DNA of 39,375 bases, from positions 1-39,375 of the forward strand of contig JAZUCP010000220.1 in assembly GCA_045639165.1 (NCBI GenBank). Direction: 5' to 3'. Within the stretch, counting starts at the first letter, position 1. Each line of letters begins with the position of its first letter. The translations under genes and the position numbers were made by a program. The DNA comes from Acetatifactor sp. Its GTDB lineage: Bacteria > Bacillota > Clostridia > Lachnospirales > Lachnospiraceae. This document shows, in pieces, positions 23,892 through 32,844 of the stretch. The notes beneath the pieces were generated by a model, which did no database searches, had not been told where the DNA came from, and was given only the letters and a program-made list of their open reading frames with translations.

Positions 23892-26125
23892 AAAATGTAA
23901 GTTTGCGATTTCTGAAAGAGTTGGAAAAAAGAACAAATTTATACCAGGAGGCAACCATTGTTTTTGCCAATGGAACGGAGCTGGAACTTTCAAGGGAGTC
24001 ATTTTATATCTCAGGCAACAGCTATGCAGACGCAGCAGGTAGCAATTCGTTTCCTCTTGGGTCTGCTTTTGGTAAATCAATAACGATTTCTCTGGTAAAT
24101 GACAAGGAACAGTTTTCTGATTATGATTTCCTGTCGGCTGAAATTACAGTATATTGCTGCATGGATTTTGAAGATGGAACAACGGAAAAAATCTTGTTTG
24201 GCACATTTACTGTGATAGAGCCGGAGGCATACGGAAGTATTGTAGAGGTTACAGCATGCGATGCAATGTATCGTGGAGATATAGAATATACCAGTAATTT
24301 ATCATTTCCCGCTACTGCAGGGCAGGTATTGCAGGATAGTGCATCCACGTGCGGTGTGTATTTGCTTACAACCACATTTTTCAATGATAATTATATAATC
24401 CAGGAAAAACCAGAAGGCGTGACTCACCGTGATATATGGGGAGCATGCGCAATGCTTGCAGGTGGCAATGCTAGAATGGACGAATTAAACCGCTTGTGCA
24501 TTGTGGAGTATGATTTTTCTGTACTGGACCAGAATGGCGCGGATGGTGGATTTTTTGACGATTCCAAACCTTATGCCAGCGGTGATGATGTATATGGTGG
24601 AGTGTTTGATCCCTGGGATGCAGGCGATGATATCGAAGGTGGAACCTTTGAAGAAATGTATCGGTATCACGTTCTGTACAAGGCAAAGAATCTTACAGTA
24701 TCCACGGACGATGTGGTGATTACCGGTGTAAAAACAACGGAAGATGAAACCGATTATATGTACGGATCAGACGGATATGTATTGAGTGTGGAAAATCCAT
24801 TGATATCCGGCGGACCGCAAGATGCTGTGGACAGGATTGGAATGTTGCTTGTGGGTGTTCGTTTCCGGCCGTTTGAGATGGACCATATCGCCTATCCTAT
24901 TGCGGAATTTGGAGACGTGTGCTATCTGATGGACAGAAACCGCAATCTGTTTCAGTCCGTTATCACTGATATGAATTTCACATTTTTTGGATATACAACC
25001 ATCAAATGCACTGCTGATGACCCCATCAGAAACAGCAGTAAATACCATTCCAATACAACACAGGCTGTCAGAGCGGCAAGAAAAGATACAAAGAAACAGA
25101 TTGGAGAATATGACAAGGCGGTGCAAATGCTTACAAATTTAATGTCTCAGAGTTTTGGAGTATTTAAAAGTGAAGAGATGCTTGATGATGGATCTGTTAT
25201 CTATTACATGCACAATAAGCCCACGCGCCAGGAATCGCAGACAATCTGGAAAATGACAGCTGATGGGTTTGCTGTATCAACCGATGGCGGCCTTACATGG
25301 AATGCAGGAATGGACAGCGAAGGCAATGTTGTTGTAAATGTCCTTTCTGCCATTGGAATCAATTTTGAGTGGGCAAAAGGTGGCACTTTGACCCTTGGAG
25401 GAAATAACAACGGAAATGGTTTGTGTTTGGTAGTCGATTCTAATGGCAAAGAAGTTGCAAGGCTTGATAAAAACGGATTGACCACAAACAGTGCACAAAT
25501 TACCGGTGGATCCATTAATATAAATGGTATCGGATATGGGTTTTACCCCATCTTGTTAGCTGGAAATAATAATGCGCAGATGGCTCTGGGACCTTATAAC
25601 GGTTACTGGAGAAACGAAACAAATTATGGTGTTGTCGGACCGGGATCTATTGCTGCAGGAAAATATGACGCAGCAGGAAACCAAAATGCAACTGCTGGAT
25701 TTTCTGCAGAAAGTCCGATGTACAGCAAACCATCTGCCGATAGTGTTATATCAGACAGTCCGAATATGGCAATCTTAAGCGGCGGCCAAATGCACAAAAC
25801 ATCGTCATCCAGCAAACGATACAAAACAGATATCACAGAAAAAATACCTGATAATCTGGATCCGAAACATCTTTATGACATACCTGTTAAAGTGTTTAAG
25901 TACAAGGAAGGTTATTTGAACAAAGGAGATCGCAAAGAAGGAAAGGATATCATCGGATTTATTGTTGAAGATTTTGATGGTGTGTACGAGGATGCAATAC
26001 AATATGATAACAACGGAAACCCTGAGATGTGGAATTCACAGATTTTAATTCCCGCAATGTTAAAGCTGATACAGGATCAAAATAACCGAATTAATGAGCT
26101 GGAAAGACTCTTGAAAGGGGTGTAA
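23888..26125 (+). CDS. Tail tip/hub-spike protein with C-terminal intramolecular chaperone (peptidase S74-like)
   Basis: 745 aa after Dit; SSSKRYKTDI...F.YK...GFIVED and terminal coiled coil. Confidence 0.75.
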   Translation: MKNVSLRFLKELEKRTNLYQEATIVFANGTELELSRESFYISGNSYADAAGSNSFPLGSAFGKSITISLVNDKEQFSDYDFLSAEITVYCCMDFEDGTTEKILFGTFTVIEPEAYGSIVEVTACDAMYRGDIEYTSNLSFPATAGQVLQDSASTCGVYLLTTTFFNDNYIIQEKPEGVTHRDIWGACAMLAGGNARMDELNRLCIVEYDFSVLDQNGADGGFFDDSKPYASGDDVYGGVFDPWDAGDDIEGGTFEEMYRYHVLYKAKNLTVSTDDVVITGVKTTEDETDYMYGSDGYVLSVENPLISGGPQDAVDRIGMLLVGVRFRPFEMDHIAYPIAEFGDVCYLMDRNRNLFQSVITDMNFTFFGYTTIKCTADDPIRNSSKYHSNTTQAVRAARKDTKKQIGEYDKAVQMLTNLMSQSFGVFKSEEMLDDGSVIYYMHNKPTRQESQTIWKMTADGFAVSTDGGLTWNAGMDSEGNVVVNVLSAIGINFEWAKGGTLTLGGNNNGNGLCLVVDSNGKEVARLDKNGLTTNSAQITGGSININGIGYGFYPILLAGNNNAQMALGPYNGYWRNETNYGVVGPGSIAAGKYDAAGNQNATAGFSAESPMYSKPSADSVISDSPNMAILSGGQMHKTSSSSKRYKTDITEKIPDNLDPKHLYDIPVKVFKYKEGYLNKGDRKEGKDIIGFIVEDFDGVYEDAIQYDNNGNPEMWNSQILIPAMLKLIQDQNNRINELERLLKGV

Positions 26126-26128
26126 TTC

Positions 26129-27310
26129 ATGGCAATTAAAAACAGACATGGAATTTATGATAAATTTGTTCCGGAAAAGCTGGTTCCCGGAGAATTTGCA
26201 TTTGTCCGTAGTGGTGATCCCAATGCAAAAGACGGAAAATCCATCTACGCTTCTTTTGATGCCGGATCAACCAAAAGACTGGCAACTTATGAGGACATGA
26301 AAGAAAACATTGCATTGGCAGCAGATGATGTGGTGAAAGATGTGGTGGATGAAGTTGCGGAAGAACTACATGCAGCAACTGACCGCGCAAACACATCCGC
26401 TGTTGAAGCAGAAACAGCAGCAATGGATGCGACAAATGCGGCAGAAGAAGCCAAGCACGCGATTGCTGGAAGCAAATCACCTGTATATAAGTCAGATGGC
26501 TGGCCAGAAGTTGGTGAGGAAGGACGGTTGTATATTGATGATACCGTGTCCCCCAGACTTATCTACACATGGGATGATGTTAATGGATATGTTTTGACAG
26601 GCGGTGCAAGCGGAGGAGGAGGGTCTGAAGAATCTAGGGTTATTCTTATCCCCGTAGAAGCCGCTGGTTTTGAATTAAATGAAACCACTGGAAGATATGA
26701 ACAAACCATTTCTGTAGTAGGTATGACTGAAGGAAGTGGCGGAATCTGGGATATTGTTCGTACTGGTCCTGTATTAACTGAAGAAGAATCAGAAATTGTA
26801 GCAAATATCACTGATGTAGAAAGATTAGAAAATGGAGTTAAAATCAGCTGTTTAGAAGTTCCTACACAGACATATACACTTGTATTATATGGAACTTTTG
26901 TAAATAGTGGAGAGACTTTAGTATCTTCTATGCCTGCATGGTTTAATAGAGTTGAGGCAGTGGAAAATAAAGTTGAGGGATTAACTTCTAAGATTGAAGC
27001 ATCTGGGTTCACGCAGGTTACAGAACTTTCAAGCGGAGCAGTATACAATGATTATGGCGGGTGTTACTACTATAAGAAAAATAACAAAGTACACGTCCAT
27101 ATTGGTATAAGTGGCTTAAGTGCTAATACCAGACACCAACTGTTTCAATTACCGTCAGGTTATGAACCGTATTCCAGTGTTAGAAGTTGTGGAACTGGTG
27201 GAGAATCTATGATGAGTTTGGCTTGGATAGAAGTCAATAACTATGGTGTTGTGTTCTGTGCAAGTTCCGACCGATATGCAATGTGTGATATTGAATTTGA
27301 CCTACTTTAG
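26129..27310 (+). CDS. Tail fibre / receptor-binding protein
   Basis: Modular: N-terminal anchor, Ala-rich coil, C-terminal YYKK..V.VHI...LPSGY.P beta domain. Confidence 0.7.
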   Translation: MAIKNRHGIYDKFVPEKLVPGEFAFVRSGDPNAKDGKSIYASFDAGSTKRLATYEDMKENIALAADDVVKDVVDEVAEELHAATDRANTSAVEAETAAMDATNAAEEAKHAIAGSKSPVYKSDGWPEVGEEGRLYIDDTVSPRLIYTWDDVNGYVLTGGASGGGGSEESRVILIPVEAAGFELNETTGRYEQTISVVGMTEGSGGIWDIVRTGPVLTEEESEIVANITDVERLENGVKISCLEVPTQTYTLVLYGTFVNSGETLVSSMPAWFNRVEAVENKVEGLTSKIEASGFTQVTELSSGAVYNDYGGCYYYKKNNKVHVHIGISGLSANTRHQLFQLPSGYEPYSSVRSCGTGGESMMSLAWIEVNNYGVVFCASSDRYAMCDIEFDLL

Positions 27311-27360
27311 AATTTAGATTTGAAACGATATAAATAATTAATTTGAAAGGAGCTGACGCT

Positions 27361-27702
27361 ATGGGTCACATACCTGGAGCAAATTCAAGTAATTTAGATT
27401 TAAAGAAACGTATAAATGAATTAGAAACTGAAGTTGAGGAGTTAAATTCTAAATTGGGAACAAAGGTAAAAACAAAAAGTGGTTCTTTCACAATAGGAAA
27501 CGACACTTGGGCACATATTGATATAGGTGATAATTTAAATATTGTTTTAAATATTGGAATAGAAGTCGAAAGCGGTAAGTTAAGATATCCGTTGTATGAT
27601 ATTTCAACACACTTCACATATCGCACCGCAGGTTCTACTGTAAGTATTAGGTCTATTGGTTTAAAAGCAGGAACTTATAATTATATTATCGCTTATATTT
27701 AA
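27361..27702 (+). CDS. Short fibre-tip-like protein
   Basis: GAAAGGAG SD; coiled coil ending EELNSKL then a beta-rich domain; AT-rich. Confidence 0.55.
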   Translation: MGHIPGANSSNLDLKKRINELETEVEELNSKLGTKVKTKSGSFTIGNDTWAHIDIGDNLNIVLNIGIEVESGKLRYPLYDISTHFTYRTAGSTVSIRSIGLKAGTYNYIIAYI

Positions 27703-27823
27703 AATTCTAAAACGAATAACTATTAGAATTTAGTTCGACAAGCACAGAGAAGAAAACACGATGAAATAATAAACAAAAATACATACTGGAGCCAACTGCC
27801 AAAGTGTTGGAGAAAGGACACAT

Positions 27824-28090
27824 ATGGATTTTAGTATTATTTTGGAGCATTTTGTTTTGGTGGTATTGCTTGCGTGTTTGTGCACTGGTTATTGCATTAA
27901 GCACGGTAGTTTTTTTGAATGGATCAACAACAACGATATTCCGATTATCCTGTCTGTAATGGGTGCAATTCTGAACCTTTTTATTAGCGGATTTTCTATT
28001 GAATCTGCAGTATATGGTGCATGCATGGGGCTTGCATCTACTGGTATGCATCAGACTTTTAAACGCTGGATTGAAAACAAATCGGAGTAA
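27824..28090 (+). CDS. Holin
   Basis: Three hydrophobic segments, N..IP and GLASTG.HQ motifs. Confidence 0.8.
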   Translation: MDFSIILEHFVLVVLLACLCTGYCIKHGSFFEWINNNDIPIILSVMGAILNLFISGFSIESAVYGACMGLASTGMHQTFKRWIENKSE

Positions 28091-28093
28091 GGA

Positions 28094-28393
28094 ATGGGGT
28101 TTACAATTACATCAGAACAGATCATATGGTTTTGCGGTTTGATTGCATCATTGTGGACTGCGTGGAAAATCGTCAAGGAATGGAAAAAGCCAAATGAAGA
28201 TCTTAAGAAAAAAGTAGAAAAACACGATCAGCTTTTAGATGATGACAATGAACGGTTAAAGGATGTGGAAGCATCCAACAAAATGATTCTTCAGTGTCTT
28301 TTGGTTATTATAAACCATGATATCACAGGAAATGGCATTGAGCGCATGAAAACGTGTCGTGATGAGTTGCAGGAATATTTGATTAATAAATAA
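28094..28393 (+). CDS. Membrane protein / second holin-like protein
   Basis: N-terminal TM then coiled coil; lies in the lysis cassette. Confidence 0.65.
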   Translation: MGFTITSEQIIWFCGLIASLWTAWKIVKEWKKPNEDLKKKVEKHDQLLDDDNERLKDVEASNKMILQCLLVIINHDITGNGIERMKTCRDELQEYLINK

Positions 28394-28407
28394 GTGAGGT
28401 GATATGC

Positions 28408-30024
28408 ATGACTGAAGAACAAAAGAAGTTTATAGAAGAAGCAGATTTTTATATTGGAAAGTATGCGCCAATGTATAATGTGTTGGTGCATTCTCCCATT
28501 CTTGCTCAAATTATCATTGAAAGCAACTGGGGGAAGTCAAATAAAGTAATAAACAACGGAAAGTGGATGCACAACTATCTTGGCCTTAAATGGCGAGATG
28601 ATGGCAGATGTCCGATTGCCTGTGGCTGGTTTACAGAGACAGGTTCAGAGCAGGATGCAAACACCGGTCAGTACCATACCAGCGAAATGAGATGGTGTAA
28701 ATTCAACAGCCTTGAGGATTGCATACATGGATATTTCCAATGGACAAGCATCCCAAGATACTCTGCGGCCAAGGGTGTCACTGATCCTGAAAAGTATATC
28801 CAGGCCCTGAAGGATGCGTCTTATGCCAGCAGTATTTCCTATGTCCAAACAATCATGAACAAAATCAGAGAACTTGACCTTACGAGATTTGACAATGCCG
28901 AAAGTGTGGAAACGGTTGTGAAAAAGCCTGTTGTTTGCATTGATGCCGGACATTATGGAACATATAATAAATGCCCAAACAATCCGAATTATTCGGAAGC
29001 AGCAGTAATGTGGAAATTGCATTTGCTGCAAAAGACATATCTGGAACAATTGGGTATTGATGTTATTTTGACCAGATCAGAGCAGAGCAAAGATCTTGCT
29101 TTAAATACCAGAGGACAAACTGCTAAAGGCTGCGCCCTGTTTTTTTCTGACCATTCCAATGCTGTTGGAAGTGCAATGAATGAGTCTGTGGACTATGTAG
29201 CCGTGTATCATTTGACTGATGATGCTGCTGTTTTATGTGATGATATCAGCAAGGAATTTGCCAATAAGCTTGCCCCTGTGATTGCGGAAGTGATGGGAAC
29301 GAAACAGGCTCCCACAGTCCTCACCAGAAATTCCAGCAATGACAGGAATGGTGATGGTGTGCTGAATGACAACTATTATGCAGTTCTTCATGCAGCACGC
29401 TCTGTCAATGTTCCGGGCCTTATCTTGGAGCATTCCTTCCACACCAACACAAGGACAGTCGCTTGGCTGCTGGATGATAGCAACCTTGACAAACTGGCCA
29501 GAGCCGAAGCGGAATGCATTGCCGGAATACTGCTGAAAAAAACAGTTTGCCTGGAGAATGCGACCACCAAACCTGAAAGCCCTGAAGTTTTGTACAAAGT
29601 GCAGGTAGGAGCTTACAGAAACAAGGAAAAGGCAGAGCAACAGCTTGAAGCAGTCCGGGCCAAAGGATTCAATGCCTTTTTGAACCAGATTGACGGATTG
29701 TACAAGGTTCAGGTGGGTGCTTACGGTATTAAAGCCAATGCAGATGCAATGCTGGCCAAAGTGAAAGCGGCCGGATTTGATGCTTTTATTGCCACAGTAA
29801 CAAGCACCGATGCTGCTAGTCCTTTCTATTCGCAGTATACTGGCACTTCCAAGGAGATTGATGTGGTCTTCCGATCTATCGGTGTGCCTGATAAGTTCAT
29901 TGGAAATGCAATGAAGCGCAAACCCATTGCAATGGCAAATGGAATTGGCGATTACACAGGCAAAGCGACTCAGAACCTTTCCCTGATTTCTCTGGCTAAA
30001 AACGGAAAACTGAAAAAAGTGTAA
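28408..30024 (+). CDS. Endolysin: glucosaminidase-like + Amidase_3 + two SPOR repeats
   Basis: AQIIIESNWG..NYLGLK..YAS; IDAGH..E..HSNA..ILEHSFH; two YKVQVGAY repeats. Confidence 0.9.
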   Translation: MTEEQKKFIEEADFYIGKYAPMYNVLVHSPILAQIIIESNWGKSNKVINNGKWMHNYLGLKWRDDGRCPIACGWFTETGSEQDANTGQYHTSEMRWCKFNSLEDCIHGYFQWTSIPRYSAAKGVTDPEKYIQALKDASYASSISYVQTIMNKIRELDLTRFDNAESVETVVKKPVVCIDAGHYGTYNKCPNNPNYSEAAVMWKLHLLQKTYLEQLGIDVILTRSEQSKDLALNTRGQTAKGCALFFSDHSNAVGSAMNESVDYVAVYHLTDDAAVLCDDISKEFANKLAPVIAEVMGTKQAPTVLTRNSSNDRNGDGVLNDNYYAVLHAARSVNVPGLILEHSFHTNTRTVAWLLDDSNLDKLARAEAECIAGILLKKTVCLENATTKPESPEVLYKVQVGAYRNKEKAEQQLEAVRAKGFNAFLNQIDGLYKVQVGAYGIKANADAMLAKVKAAGFDAFIATVTSTDAASPFYSQYTGTSKEIDVVFRSIGVPDKFIGNAMKRKPIAMANGIGDYTGKATQNLSLISLAKNGKLKKV

Positions 30025-30026
30025 AG

Positions 30027-30065
30027 AATAAGGGTAGGGACTGCGTGTCCTTACCCTTATTTTTT
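30027..30065. terminator. Bidirectional terminator between lysin and convergent accessory genes
   Basis: AATAAGGGTAGGGAC/GTCCTTACCCTTATT stem with T tract. Confidence 0.8.
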
Positions 30066-30252
30066 ATTCTTCTTTACTTGTCAAGAATTGAACATCTTCA
30101 TCATTCGCGCTAATCAGAACTGCGTCATATTTAGCTTCAATCAAGGTGTTTTGGAAACTGTACTGCCTTGAATCATCAGCTTTGAAAATCTTTATTCTGA
30201 TGTCTCTTCTCTTAAAGTCTCCATAGATACAAATTGTGAATAATTCTTTCAT
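30064..30252 (-). CDS. Small hypothetical protein (62 aa)
   Basis: AGAAAGGA SD on the minus strand. Confidence 0.7.
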   Translation of the reverse strand: MKELFTICIYGDFKRRDIRIKIFKADDSRQYSFQNTLIEAKYDAVLISANDEDVQFLTSKEE

Positions 30253-30301
30253 ATATTTTCCTTTCTGACAGCCTGACCACCTGCTGACGGGGTTTTGCGT
30301 G

Positions 30302-30460
30302 TTATACTTCTTCGATAACCAAAACAGATGATCCGTTTAATAATGCACCATAATCATATCTGTGATGGTAAACGTACACTTCGCAATCAAATTTATCTTC
30401 GCTTTCGTATCTGTAAAACTTCTTTCCGTCTGTTTTGAAAACTTCATATACTACAAACAT
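30302..30460 (-). CDS. Small hypothetical protein (52 aa; not in ORF track)
   Basis: MFVVYEVFKTDGKKFYRYESEDKFDCEVYVYHHRYDYGALLNGSSVLVIEEV; AGCAGGAAG upstream. Confidence 0.65.
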   Translation of the reverse strand: MFVVYEVFKTDGKKFYRYESEDKFDCEVYVYHHRYDYGALLNGSSVLVIEEV

Positions 30461-30508
30461 TCTTCCTGCTTTCTCCCGGCACTGCCCTGCCGGGTGGGGT
30501 GTGGTTGG

Positions 30509-30715
30509 TTAATTATTCTTGCAATATCTCTTTGCTTCTGCCAGTGTTTTGAAGCTTTCCAGAATCATTTCTTCATCACATACATCATAGTATACTTTTA
30601 TTCTTCCACTGAACTCTCCAGTGAAATCATCGTGTTTTCTTGCTTCGCATCTTACTATCTGATAACCATTGATTTCATCTACAACTTTTGTGGTTAAGTT
30701 CTTTTCGTTTGTCAT
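30509..30715 (-). CDS. Small hypothetical protein (68 aa)
   Basis: AAAGGAG SD; FKTLAEAK motif. Confidence 0.7.
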   Translation of the reverse strand: MTNEKNLTTKVVDEINGYQIVRCEARKHDDFTGEFSGRIKVYYDVCDEEMILESFKTLAEAKRYCKNN

Positions 30716-30759
30716 TCCCTTATCTCCTTTGGTATTTATTTCCCGTTCCTTATAATGTT

Positions 30760-30848
30760 ATTATAATATATAGCGGACATATATGCAATATGCAGAGCGT
30801 ACAAATATAGCGGACATATTTTATGCATATTGCATATAGCGGACATAT
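30760..30848. promoter_or_regulatory. Divergent promoter region with three ATATAGCGGACATAT operators
   Basis: Exact 15-mer at 30768, 30805 and 30834; leftward TTGCAT-17-TATAAT (30788-30760) carries an operator in its spacer. Confidence 0.8.
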
Positions 30849-30889
30849 TTTATGTGTGATATTATTTAATAAAAAAGGAGGAGTGGTTT

Positions 30890-31072
30890 ATGGCCTACAC
30901 AGAAGCACAAAAGAAAGCAAGTATTAAGTATATTAGTGAAAAAACGGATGATATTCGTTTAAGGGTTCCCAAAGGATTAAAAGACAAATACAAAATTGAA
31001 GCTGAAAAACGATCAATGAGCATGACGCAATTTATAATCGAATGTGTTGAAAATGCAATAAAAAACCCTTGA
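30890..31072 (+). CDS. Ribbon-helix-helix (Arc/CopG-like) repressor
   Basis: DDIRLRVPKG.K..YK..AE....SMTQFI..CV. Confidence 0.8.
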   Translation: MAYTEAQKKASIKYISEKTDDIRLRVPKGLKDKYKIEAEKRSMSMTQFIIECVENAIKNP

Positions 31073-31097
31073 CTATATAGCGGACATATAGTATAAT
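31069..31097 (+). promoter_or_regulatory. sigmaA promoter with fourth operator copy
   Basis: TTGACT-atatagcggacatatag-TATAAT. Confidence 0.8.
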
Positions 31098-31134
31098 ATA
31101 ATTGTAGCAAGGGAACAGCAGGAAAGGAGTAAAC

Positions 31135-31296
31135 ATGGAGGAAAATACATTGAGCGTATTTAAAAGTTATTTAAGGAGATTGTTGCAGGATCTAAAGGAT
31201 CTCAAAGAAGCACTAAAAGAAAACAAAACAGAAAAGGCTGAAGAAATGATTGATCAGCTGATCAATGATACTCAGAAGGGTATAGAAGACAACTAA
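31135..31296 (+). CDS. Small helical protein (53 aa; not in ORF track)
   Basis: AAAGGAG SD; MEENTLSVFKSYLRRLLQDLKDLKEALKENKTEKAEEMIDQLINDTQKGIEDN. Confidence 0.75.
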   Translation: MEENTLSVFKSYLRRLLQDLKDLKEALKENKTEKAEEMIDQLINDTQKGIEDN

Positions 31297-31424
31297 ATAA
31301 GGAGCAGACACAAGGGGCGACACCTGAAACTTCCTGCTGGTCGCCCCCGTGTTATTTTATAATAAAATATTTCCGCTTATAAGTCAAACTGATTTCACAG
31401 AAATAAAAGTAGTTTTTTGCACAG

Positions 31425-31653
31425 AATATCACACGAAATATCACACGAACATAAAAAATGCTTTATTTACAATGGTTTTCGGTTGAAATCATCAGGTTCA
31501 AATCCTGTTACTCCGACTATATGAAAAACCCTTGAAATTGCAGGAAACGCTGTAAAATCAAGGGTTTTCTTATTTTTCATATGTCCTAGTTACGACAAAT
31601 ATGACACCAAAAGGATGCGTTTTTCACACAAATATCACACGAAATATCACACG
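31425..31653. other. attP: tRNA 3'-end core flanked by integrase arm repeats
   Basis: CAGGTTCAAATCCTGTTACTCCGACTA (31493-31519, T-arm plus acceptor 3' strand); identical 23-mer AATATCACACGAAATATCACACG at 31425 and 31631; IR 31525-31568; adjacent to int 3' end. Confidence 0.85.
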
Positions 31654-31657
31654 GAAA

Positions 31658-32683
31658 TTATAGCTTTGGAACATTGGCAAAATGGCTTATAATTTTCTGA
31701 GTCTGCTTCTTTTCTTCTGGGGCGATGGTGTCCCTGTAAATGGAGTTCATGATATAACTTGTGGACCATCCGCCGCGTTTCATAATGTATTCATCCGGGA
31801 TCCCGATGGCATGCATGATGCTGACTGAATAATGCCTCAGGTCATGGAATCTGAATTTGTTTTCTAAGTGTGTATATTTAACCGCCCTTTGAAATCTGTG
31901 GGTAATCATGTCAGGAGTTCCCTGGATAATCTTCCCTTCAATCCCCTTTAACCGATCAATAACAAAATCTGGCATTTCTATGCACCGGTAGCTGCTGTAT
32001 GTTTTTGGCTGCTTTACAATCCATTCTTTGTGTTCATTGAGGACCATGCTTTTTGATACTGTGATTACATTTCCTTTTATGTCTGTAGATTCGAGGGCGC
32101 ATATCTCACCTCTTCTCATGGGTCCGAATGCAGCTAAAAGTATGGCTATCTCCAATTCTTTGCCCTTCACATGCTCCAGGAGACGCTTTACATCATCATC
32201 GGATGGAGTATATAGTGCGGTCTGCTTTTTGGCCGGGAGCGTGATCTGCGGCACAAAATCCGGACGAAACATCTGAAGGGCAGATCTCAAGAGGCCCCAG
32301 GCATTACGGACCGTTTTGGGTGATAGATCCTTGCTGATGTTGCTGATCCAGATCTGAAGCGTGGTATTATCTATTTTGTTTATTTGTATTCTTTCAATGT
32401 CGGAAAAATGGTTTTTCGCACAGTTTTTATATTCCCGGACAGTTCCCGGGGAAAGTACATTTTCTTTTGCGTCAATATACCGGTTCATGCATTGGCTTAC
32501 TGTGATTTCGTTGATCGGTGTTTGGTGTTCCTTGTTAATGGAATACTGCGCAGCCATTAACTCTGACTCTTTTTTGGTTTCTGCGGTAAATGATTTATAG
32601 TGCTTCTTACCAGAATTGTCCACATAGTCAAATACCTGGGTTCTCCAGTTTCCGCTGGGAAGTTTTTTTGCCTTTGCTGCCAT
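31658..32683 (-). CDS. int: Tyrosine integrase
   Basis: MRRGEI, PK, FHDLRH, GW, IY catalytic motifs; N-terminal arm-binding domain. Confidence 0.95.
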   Translation of the reverse strand: MAAKAKKLPSGNWRTQVFDYVDNSGKKHYKSFTAETKKESELMAAQYSINKEHQTPINEITVSQCMNRYIDAKENVLSPGTVREYKNCAKNHFSDIERIQINKIDNTTLQIWISNISKDLSPKTVRNAWGLLRSALQMFRPDFVPQITLPAKKQTALYTPSDDDVKRLLEHVKGKELEIAILLAAFGPMRRGEICALESTDIKGNVITVSKSMVLNEHKEWIVKQPKTYSSYRCIEMPDFVIDRLKGIEGKIIQGTPDMITHRFQRAVKYTHLENKFRFHDLRHYSVSIMHAIGIPDEYIMKRGGWSTSYIMNSIYRDTIAPEEKKQTQKIISHFANVPKL

Positions 32684-32804
32684 GTTAATTCCTCCTTTTA
32701 AGTGTAAAAAATAACAGCCAATGCATTTATACTTGCGCAGGCTGCCGGAGGATGGTATAATGATTTATGCATCTCACCATTATACCACTCCGTATATTGG
32801 TTAC

Positions 32805-32844
32805 AAAACCGTTTCTGTTGGCGCAGGAGCGGTTTTTTGTTTTA
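32805..32844. terminator. Bidirectional terminator-like hairpin
   Basis: AAAACCGTTTCT/GGAGCGGTTTT stem with GTTGGCGC loop region and T tract. Confidence 0.65.

Noticed and set aside
26129..27800. Diversity-generating retroelement at the fibre gene
   Set aside because: No reverse transcriptase in the genome and no ~100-nt TR/VR pair differing at adenines was seen
7491..29640. Numerous minus-strand ORFs of 60-235 aa within the structural region
   Set aside because: Shadow frames of well-supported plus-strand genes, with no SDs or motifs
30768..31089. CRISPR or mini-array from the repeated 15-mer
   Set aside because: Repeats are short, irregularly spaced and sit in promoter spacers; no cas genes; operator interpretation fits better
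31493..31519. Second tRNA gene
   Set aside because: Only the T-arm and 3' acceptor strand are present; it is the attP core
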